Source: Candidatus Saccharimonadota bacterium
GTDB taxonomy: Bacteria; Patescibacteriota; Saccharimonadia; Saccharimonadales; Saccharimonadaceae
Assembly (NCBI GenBank): GCA_016112465.1
Contig: JAEHON010000010.1
Location: 42,133 to 75,781, forward strand
DNA: 33,649 bases
Direction of reading: 5' to 3'
Within the stretch, counting starts at the first letter, position 1; each line of letters opens with the position of its first letter. Below are positions 27,107 to 33,649 of the stretch, piece by piece. Made by a program: the position numbers and the translations under genes. The notes beneath the pieces are model-generated. The model did not search any database. It was not told where the DNA came from and saw nothing but the letters and a program-made list of their open reading frames with translations.

Positions 27107-28174
27107 ATGGCTGATGCCAAAAAAATCACAATGGACGAATTGCTTGCTTCTGCTAGTGATTCAGTCAAAAAAGTAGTCGCTGGAGATACTGTTTCTGGTG
27201 TAGTACTTTCAGTAAAGAAACACGAGATTTTGATTGATCTCGGTGCACAGGGTGTTGGTTTAGTACCACGCCGTGAAGCTTCTTTTGCTCGCAACCTTGA
27301 GGTTGGCCAGGAAGTTTCTGCTTCAGTTATCGATCCAGAAATGGAAGACGGTACTGTACTTCTTTCACTCCGTAAGGCTGTGAAGGATAAGGGCTGGGAT
27401 GAAATCCAGGCTAAGATGGACGCTGCGGAAATCGTGGAGGTTACTCCATTTGATGCCAATCGTGGTGGTCTTTTGGTCGAATATGAAGGAATTCGTGGTT
27501 TCTTGCCAGTATCACAACTTTCTGCAGAGCACTACCCACGCGTAGGTTCAGCAGATAAGGATGAGATTTTGCAACGTCTTAACTCTCTTGTTGGTAAGGG
27601 AATTAAGGTGAGAATTCTTGATGCTAACAAGAAAGATAACAAGCTTATTTTCTCTGAGAAGGAAGCTGTTAAGGATGGTCTTGCTGCTCGCTTTGCTGAG
27701 CTTCACGTTGGTGATGTAATCAAGGGTGTTGTGACTGGTGTAGTCGATTTTGGCGTTTTCGTAAATGTTGAAGGTATTGAAGGTTTGATTCATATCTCTG
27801 AAATTTCTTGGGAACGTGTAAATAATCCTTCTGACTACGTGAAAGTTGGTGATGAAATCGAGGCAAAGATTATTGCTATCGACAAGGAGCGTTTGAGCCT
27901 CTCAATGAAGCAGCTCGTTGCTGATCCATGGCTTTCAGAAGTTGAGAACCTAAAGAAAGGTTCAAAAGTTGAGGGAACTGTAACTCGTATCACTCCATTT
28001 GGTGCATTTGTACAGATTTCACCAGCTGTTGAAGCTTTGGTCCACGTCTCTGAACTTGGTGAAGGTAATGATGTCGACCCTGAAAAGATCTTTACTCTTA
28101 ATGAGCGCAAGAGCTTTAAGGTACTTGACATTGATCGTGAAGGTCGCAAGATTTCACTTTCAGTCGCTAAATAA
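27107..28174 (+). CDS. rpsA: 30S ribosomal protein S1 (short four-domain form)
   Basis: Four S1 repeats (GFLPVSQL, DFGVFV..EGLIHISEISW, PFGAFV..ALVHVSEL). Confidence 0.92.
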   Translation: MADAKKITMDELLASASDSVKKVVAGDTVSGVVLSVKKHEILIDLGAQGVGLVPRREASFARNLEVGQEVSASVIDPEMEDGTVLLSLRKAVKDKGWDEIQAKMDAAEIVEVTPFDANRGGLLVEYEGIRGFLPVSQLSAEHYPRVGSADKDEILQRLNSLVGKGIKVRILDANKKDNKLIFSEKEAVKDGLAARFAELHVGDVIKGVVTGVVDFGVFVNVEGIEGLIHISEISWERVNNPSDYVKVGDEIEAKIIAIDKERLSLSMKQLVADPWLSEVENLKKGSKVEGTVTRITPFGAFVQISPAVEALVHVSELGEGNDVDPEKIFTLNERKSFKVLDIDREGRKISLSVAK

Positions 28175-28184
28175 TTAGAAGACT

Positions 28185-28217
28185 AAAAAAAAGAACCCCG
28201 TAACAGGGGTTCTTTTT
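28185..28217. terminator. Bidirectional terminator between rpsA and the peroxiredoxin gene
   Basis: AAAAAGAACCCC-GTAACA-GGGGTTCTTTTT. Confidence 0.88.
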
Positions 28218-28230
28218 GTGGTTGAATAAA

Positions 28231-28908
28231 TTATTTATTCAATGGTTTGTGACAGAGCCACCAATCTTCACAGGTAAATTCGCCGGCTTTTGCTGCGGCA
28301 AAACGTTCCTTGACAGTGGCAATGTCTTTGGCTGGAGGGACAATAACGTCGGCACCGAAGAGTTCGTTGTTTGGCCAGTTGGCAGGAAGAGCAACTTTGT
28401 GTTCTTCTGAAGTCTGAAGGCCTTTAACCATACGTAAGATTTCATCCATGTTGCGACCAAGCTCTTGTGGGTAGTAAAGAATAGCGCGAACTTTGCCTTC
28501 TGGGTCGATGATAAAGACGGCACGGACGGTGTTAGTGTCATGGTTTTTACCTGGATGGATGAAACCAAGCTTGCCGGAAACGAGGCCAGTGTCAGCAATG
28601 ATTGGGAACTCGATTTCAACATCGAAGTGCTCCTTGATCCATTCAGTCCACTTGATGTGGGAGAAGACCTGGTCAACGGAAAGACCGAGAAGTTCAGTAT
28701 TCATCTCACGGAATTTAGTGTAATTCTTTTGGAAAGAAACGAATTCGGTGGTACAGACTGGAGTGAAGTCGGCTGGATGGCTAAAAAGAACAAGCCATTT
28801 GCCAGCGTAGTCGCCAGGTAAAGTTTTTGGACCATGAGTGGTTTGAACTTGCATGGTTGGCAGCATTTCACCAATAAGAGGGATATGCTGAATTTCATTA
28901 TCGTTCAT
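28231..28908 (-). CDS. Peroxiredoxin, Prx6 subfamily
   Basis: [19 protein letters not shown]...SH..W, YYP...GRN, C-terminal CEDWWLC; AAGGAG SD. Confidence 0.95.
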   Translation of the reverse strand: MNDNEIQHIPLIGEMLPTMQVQTTHGPKTLPGDYAGKWLVLFSHPADFTPVCTTEFVSFQKNYTKFREMNTELLGLSVDQVFSHIKWTEWIKEHFDVEIEFPIIADTGLVSGKLGFIHPGKNHDTNTVRAVFIIDPEGKVRAILYYPQELGRNMDEILRMVKGLQTSEEHKVALPANWPNNELFGADVIVPPAKDIATVKERFAAAKAGEFTCEDWWLCHKPLNK

Positions 28909-29112
28909 AAAAATCTCCTTGTTAAGGTTTGTGTATTTTTTGGTCGGGAAGACCCCTAATTTTTTATCAAAGTTGTGTTATTAAAACACAGTTAATCAAT
29001 TTCAAGGTCGTATGCGACCATTTCTATTCTAACATAGAAACAAATTATGGGAAGAGTAATGTGATAGAATGGAGTTAATAAAAAATGAGCAGAATTGGGG
29101 AAATGATTAGCG

Positions 29113-29775
29113 ATGTTAGGTAATGATAGCCTGGAAAGATGGAAGAAGATAATATATTTTATATTTGTTCTTTTATTTTTGGTTATAATAACACTGATAT
29201 TATATATGTTTAACGTGATACCCCATCGGCAATTTACTAATGAGGATTTTGGGATTGAAACTTATAAAAGCTCTGTTGATAAGGATGGGGATGGGATTGA
29301 TGACCAGACAGATTTTTTACAAAGCGTGCGGAGTTATATTGCAACAAAACCGAAATATAAAAGTAAATATTATAGGACAGGTTATCCAGATGACGGGTTT
29401 GGGGTTTGTACGGATGTGATTGCTTTTGGACTTAGGGGAGCTGGATATGATTTGATGGAGCTGGTGGATGCTGATATTAGAGCGAATAAGAAAATGTATC
29501 AGCTGGACGTAGTGGATAAAAATATTGATTTTCGCCGAGTAAATAATTTAAGAATATTTTTTGAACGTAATGCGAAGTCTTTAACGACAGATCTAACAGA
29601 TATAAAAGAATGGCAGGGTGGAGATATAATTGTGTTCAAGACGCACATTGGTGTAGTATCGGACAAAAGAAATTGGCGAGGAATACCTTTTATTATTCAT
29701 AATGGTGGACTTCATTTTGAAGAAGATATATTGGAGTATCGGACGGATATTGTGGGGCATTTTAGGATGAGCTAG
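29113..29775 (+). CDS. DUF1287 (YijF-like) protein with N-terminal membrane anchor
   Basis: GYP....GVCTDV, NIDFRRV.NL, WQGGDI, HIG.VSD, IHN. Confidence 0.85.
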   Translation: MLGNDSLERWKKIIYFIFVLLFLVIITLILYMFNVIPHRQFTNEDFGIETYKSSVDKDGDGIDDQTDFLQSVRSYIATKPKYKSKYYRTGYPDDGFGVCTDVIAFGLRGAGYDLMELVDADIRANKKMYQLDVVDKNIDFRRVNNLRIFFERNAKSLTTDLTDIKEWQGGDIIVFKTHIGVVSDKRNWRGIPFIIHNGGLHFEEDILEYRTDIVGHFRMS

Positions 29776-29833
29776 GTTTTAATACGTGATTTATGGTATT
29801 AAACAATAATCCTAAAAATTTAAGAGGAGAAAG

Positions 29834-30427
29834 ATGGATAATCTTACATATAAATATTACAGAAAAAGTGGCGGGAAAAAAGTATTCATTATCTTGCATG
29901 GTAGTGGACCAGTTGGCGTAGAGACTAGTTTTATTGCATCTATTTTTGACGCTATCGCAACAACGAAGAATAGTGTCATCGGTTTTAATTTCCCATTCTG
30001 TGATCGCGAAGAAGTTAACTCGAGTGGATCAGAACTAAAAGAAGAAGTGGGCGCACTAAAGTGTGTGATAGATTTTGTCCACTCAGAGGGCTATGAAGAA
30101 ATTAGGATTATAGCAAAATCTCTTGGTGGTATTATCGCTAGTTACTATCTAGAACAATATCCAGATAGCGAAATAGATTTAGCAATTTTAGGATACATCC
30201 CAAATGAGATTAGACAAAATGCGATCATAAATAATTTAAGTCTTGTTATTCAAGGTGAAAATGACCGTTTCGCATTGCCGTCTAAAATTAAAGAACTTGT
30301 TAATGAATCAGTTGAGGTCGTTGCCATAAAAAATGCAGATCATAGTTATAGGAATGAGAAAAAAGAACCTATATATCAGGGTCTTGTAACTAAAGAATTA
30401 CTTGAATGGATAAAGAGAAAAAAGTAA
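29834..30427 (+). CDS. Alpha/beta hydrolase fold protein
   Basis: AGGAG SD; LHG, AKSLGG nucleophile elbow, QGEND, ADHS. Confidence 0.85.
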   Translation: MDNLTYKYYRKSGGKKVFIILHGSGPVGVETSFIASIFDAIATTKNSVIGFNFPFCDREEVNSSGSELKEEVGALKCVIDFVHSEGYEEIRIIAKSLGGIIASYYLEQYPDSEIDLAILGYIPNEIRQNAIINNLSLVIQGENDRFALPSKIKELVNESVEVVAIKNADHSYRNEKKEPIYQGLVTKELLEWIKRKK

Positions 30428-30496
30428 GGTTGTTTATAGTTTTAAGTTTTACAGAATTATATAGTGTTTTAATATAACTTAGGAGAGGTAGTATAA

Positions 30497-30520
30497 CAAA
30501 AAACAGACCTTTAGGGTCTG
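30497..30520 (-). terminator. tRNA-Asn terminator
   Basis: CAGACC/GGTCTG stem with T-tract on the minus strand. Confidence 0.65.
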
Positions 30521-30532
30521 AATTTTTCATAG

Positions 30533-30607
30533 TGGCTCCCCCGGTCAGGCTCGAACTGACAACCTCGAAGTTAACAGCTTCTTGCTCCACCATTGAGCTA
30601 CAGGGGA
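30533..30607 (-). tRNA. tRNA-Asn(GTT)
   Basis: TCCCCTG/CGGGGGA-GCCA acceptor, anticodon loop CTGTTAA, GTTCGAG T-loop. Confidence 0.96.
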
Positions 30608-30715
30608 ATCTATGAAGAGATTATAACGCAACCGGCGCGGCAATGCAAGGGGTTTTGAAACGAGATAGTTGATGCAAAATGATATAATAGTTTTTAGAGA
30701 TTAGTAGAGGTTAAA

Positions 30716-31462
30716 ATGAAACAGCTTGAGAAATTGTTGAAAATCCAGGATATTATCGTTGAGACAGAAAAGGAACAGAAAAAGATTATTAATGGCATTT
30801 CTTTTGAGGTTAATGAGGGTGAGACGGTAGTGATTTTGGGGCCGAATGGGGCGGGAAAATCGACTCTAGGTGCAGCCTTGATGGGGGATAGGAGGTATAA
30901 AATTACGAGGGGAAAGATTGAGTTTTGCGGGCAAGAGGTTAGTATGATGGATACTGACAAACGCGCCTTGCTTGGGATGATGATGACAATGCAGAGTCCA
31001 GTAGAGATCCCAGGGATTTCTACAACTGAGGTGATTCGAAATGCTTTGATGGCTAGGGGTGAGAGGTTGCCACTTGATACGGTTCGGGAGCGAATTTCGA
31101 CAGTGTGTAAAAAGTTAAAAACAAATATTTTCTTTGCGGAAAGAGACTTAAATGTGCAGTTTTCTGGAGGTGAGAAGAAGAAGAATGAAATTTTGCAAGC
31201 GATGGTTTTAAAACCAAAGCTTTTGATTTTGGACGAGATAGATTCAGGACTTGATGTGGATGCGACAGAGAAAATTTCAGAAATGTTGGCGGAACTTGCA
31301 AAAGAAACTAGAGCTGCATTTTTGGTGATTACGCACAATATGCGGGTCTTAAAACATTTATCTGTGGATAAGGTGTTGATTTTGAAAGATGGAAAAATAG
31401 TGCGAACGGGTGGAGATGAGCTCATAAGAGAAGTAGAGACTGAGGGGTTTCAGAATTTATGA
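30716..31462 (+). CDS. sufC: Fe-S cluster assembly ATPase SufC
   Basis: GPNGAGKST, Q.P.EIPG, RDLN..FSGGEKKKNEILQ, LDEIDSGLDVDA. Confidence 0.95.
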   Translation: MKQLEKLLKIQDIIVETEKEQKKIINGISFEVNEGETVVILGPNGAGKSTLGAALMGDRRYKITRGKIEFCGQEVSMMDTDKRALLGMMMTMQSPVEIPGISTTEVIRNALMARGERLPLDTVRERISTVCKKLKTNIFFAERDLNVQFSGGEKKKNEILQAMVLKPKLLILDEIDSGLDVDATEKISEMLAELAKETRAAFLVITHNMRVLKHLSVDKVLILKDGKIVRTGGDELIREVETEGFQNL

Positions 31463-32880
31463 CAGAAGGATTCAGAAATGATAGTGGTGAAAAAATGATG
31501 AAGGAGATAAAGAAAAATAGAGGTTTAACTACGGAATATATCCGGGAGCTTTCTGCGCGAAAAAAAGAGCCAAAATGGATGTTGGATCTCAGACTTTTAG
31601 GGCTTTCATATTGGGAAAAATTGAAGATGCCAGCATGGGCGCCGGATATTACAGAACTAAAGCTTGATGATATTTTAATGTATGTGGAGCCGAAGAAAGA
31701 GATGGTGGGTAGCTGGGATGAGGTGCCGGCGGAGATCCGGGAAACTTTTGAGCAGCTTGGGATTCCAGAGGCTGAACGTGAGCATTTGGCTGGGGTGGGG
31801 GCACAATATGATTCGGAAGTGATTTACCATAATCTGAAGGAGCAGATTGCGAAGAAGGGTGTAGTGTATTTGCCGATGGAAGAGGCGGTGGCAACAACTC
31901 AGAAACCTAGGGAAGAGGTGATTCGCCAATATGGTGTGGATGTAGCGGAGATTTTAAAGAAGCATTTTATGAAATTAATTTCTGAATCTGACCATAAATT
32001 TGCGGCTTTGCATGCGGCAGTTTGGAGTGGTGGTTCGTTTATTTATGTACCCAAAAATGTCAGTGTAGAAATTCCAATTCAGAGTTATTATCGTTTAAAT
32101 GCACCGGGGGCAGGGCAGTTTGAACATACTTTGATTATTGTCGATGAGGGATCGGACTTGCATTTTATCGAAGGCTGTTCGGCACCAAAATACACAGTCT
32201 CAAATTTACATGCAGGTAGCGTGGAGCTTTATGTGAAGAAAAATAGTAGACTAAAATTTTCGACCGTAGAAAGCTGGTCAAAAAATGTATTCAATTTGAA
32301 TACAAAAAGAGCATATGTTGAGGAAGATGGGGCAATTGAATGGGTTACTGGATCATTTGGGTCGCGAATTTCAATGCTTTATCCAATGGGAATTTTGGCT
32401 GGGGCTAGAGCAAAAATGGAGTACACCGGTGTAACTTTTGCGGGTGCTGAACAAAATCTTGATACAGGTGCAAAAGTTGTTCATATCGGACCGAATACTT
32501 ATTCAATGATGATGGCAAAATCTTTAAGTAAAGATGGTGGAATTTCAACTACACGAACATTGGCTAAAATTTGCAAAACGGCAGTGGGGGCAAAGTCGTA
32601 TACGGACTGTAAATCACTGATTTTGGATAGTAAATCAATCTCAAACGCGATTCCGGAAGTGAAGGTGGAATGTGACGATGCGGAGGTCTCACATGAGGCC
32701 AGTGTGGGGAAAATTTCAGATGAGGCAATTTACTATTTAAAGACTCGAGGAATTTCTGAGGATGAGGCGAGGGCTATGATCGTGCGGGGATTTACGGGGG
32801 ATATATCGAAAGAATTACCAATTGAGTATGCAATGGAAATGAATAATTTAATTAAGATGGAAATGGAAGGAACCGCATAA
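31459..32880 (+). CDS. sufB: Fe-S cluster assembly protein SufB
   Basis: LAGVGAQYDSE, AVWSGGSFIYVP, GQFEHTLI, EGCSAP, HEASVGKI, ELPIEYA; exact start uncertain. Confidence 0.95.
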   Translation: MTEGFRNDSGEKMMKEIKKNRGLTTEYIRELSARKKEPKWMLDLRLLGLSYWEKLKMPAWAPDITELKLDDILMYVEPKKEMVGSWDEVPAEIRETFEQLGIPEAEREHLAGVGAQYDSEVIYHNLKEQIAKKGVVYLPMEEAVATTQKPREEVIRQYGVDVAEILKKHFMKLISESDHKFAALHAAVWSGGSFIYVPKNVSVEIPIQSYYRLNAPGAGQFEHTLIIVDEGSDLHFIEGCSAPKYTVSNLHAGSVELYVKKNSRLKFSTVESWSKNVFNLNTKRAYVEEDGAIEWVTGSFGSRISMLYPMGILAGARAKMEYTGVTFAGAEQNLDTGAKVVHIGPNTYSMMMAKSLSKDGGISTTRTLAKICKTAVGAKSYTDCKSLILDSKSISNAIPEVKVECDDAEVSHEASVGKISDEAIYYLKTRGISEDEARAMIVRGFTGDISKELPIEYAMEMNNLIKMEMEGTA

Positions 32881-33649
32881 TGTATCGGGAGGAATTTGAG
32901 ATTTTTGAATTAGCGCCGGAATTAATTGATCCAATGATGCCTTTTGTATATTTAGATAGTGCGGCAACTATGCAGAGACCGAAACAGGTGATCGAGAAAG
33001 TTTCTGAATACTATAAAACATTGAACGCTAATCCACTGAGGGGGCTGTATAAAATTAGTGAACAGTCTACGAGATTACTAAACCAGACTCGTACTAAGGT
33101 GGCTGAGTATATAGGTACTGGAGCTGATGAGGTGATTTTTACTAAGAATGCAACTGAGGCAATAAATTTGGTTGCAAATGGAGTAAAAGAGTTGATTGGG
33201 GATGGAAAAATCTTGATTAGTCTAGATTCACACCATAGTAATATATTGCCATTCACCGAGAGATATGGCGAACAGGTTTTGATCTGTGAAGATGTAGTGG
33301 CGGAATATAAGAGATTGATGCCGGATGAAACCGAGGGTTCGGATGTAAGATTTGTGGCGCTGACAGGACTTTCAAATGTTACTGGCGAGGAACAGATTGA
33401 GACGGTGCAAGAATTAAGAAAGTCAGGGTTTAACGGATTGATCTTGCTTGATGCAGCACAGTTGATTGCGCATCAAAAAATTAACCTTGAGATGCTCGAT
33501 GTAGATTTTTTGGCGTTTTCTGGCCATAAGATTGGTGCACCAATGGGCATAGGAGTGCTTTATATGCGTCGAGAGCTTATGGAAAAGATTAAACCATTAA
33601 ATTATGGCGGGGAGATGGTGGATGCCGTAGAAATTGCTGAGAATGCGCG
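32880..33649 (+). CDS. sufS: Cysteine desulfurase SufS (partial, runs off the window; absent from the ORF track)
   Basis: TAATG overlap with the sufB stop; translation gives YLDSAAT, FTKNATEAIN, HHSN, SNVTG, DAAQ, DFLAFSGHK (PLP Lys), GGEMV. Confidence 0.93.
   Translation, partial: MYREEFEIFELAPELIDPMMPFVYLDSAATMQRPKQVIEKVSEYYKTLNANPLRGLYKISEQSTRLLNQTRTKVAEYIGTGADEVIFTKNATEAINLVANGVKELIGDGKILISLDSHHSNILPFTERYGEQVLICEDVVAEYKRLMPDETEGSDVRFVALTGLSNVTGEEQIETVQELRKSGFNGLILLDAAQLIAHQKINLEMLDVDFLAFSGHKIGAPMGIGVLYMRRELMEKIKPLNYGGEMVDAVEIAENA

Noticed and set aside
29780..30533. Island integrated at tRNA-Asn carrying the alpha/beta hydrolase
   Set aside because: No duplicated tRNA 3' end or integrase seen
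30694..31425. Long antisense or alternate-frame ORFs over sufC, gyrA, rpsA, comM, the ATPase and the peroxiredoxin
   Set aside because: Overlap well-supported genes and show no motifs; expected from codon bias

Overview
Core chromosomal window from a Saccharibacteria (TM7, Patescibacteria/CPR) genome. The assignment rests on 16S signatures: U912/A911 in AAACATAAAGG, GCCGCGGTCA at the 515F site, and short V3 and helix 44. The + strand appears G-rich throughout, suggesting the leading strand. Coding content: M50 protease, Nudix-RNase HI fusion, infC(ATT start)-rpmI-rplT-rpmB, comM, a CPR VirB4/VirD4-like ATPase cluster, gyrB-gyrA, a PEKPV-repeat surface protein, DUF212, Ca/Na antiporter, TrmH, KGG protein, MazG-like protein, rpsA, peroxiredoxin, DUF1287, an alpha/beta hydrolase and sufC-sufB-sufS (truncated by the window edge). 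RNA genes: RNase P RNA, tmRNA, a stand-alone 16S rRNA and tRNA-Ile/Ala/Asn. I saw no mobile element, CRISPR array or att duplication. The best leads are non-coding. (1) A 1.9 kb ORF-free region after tmRNA holds a promoter-driven ~115 nt sRNA candidate, an array of operator-like repeats, and a promoter-driven ~490 nt multi-helix RNA that matches no family I recognise. (2) A ~125 nt structured RNA lies ahead of the Nudix-RNase H gene. (3) An 82 nt hairpin fills the rpsA leader. (4) Eight genes have a -10 box 6-7 nt before ATG, indicating widespread leaderless translation. All RNA folds were done by eye.
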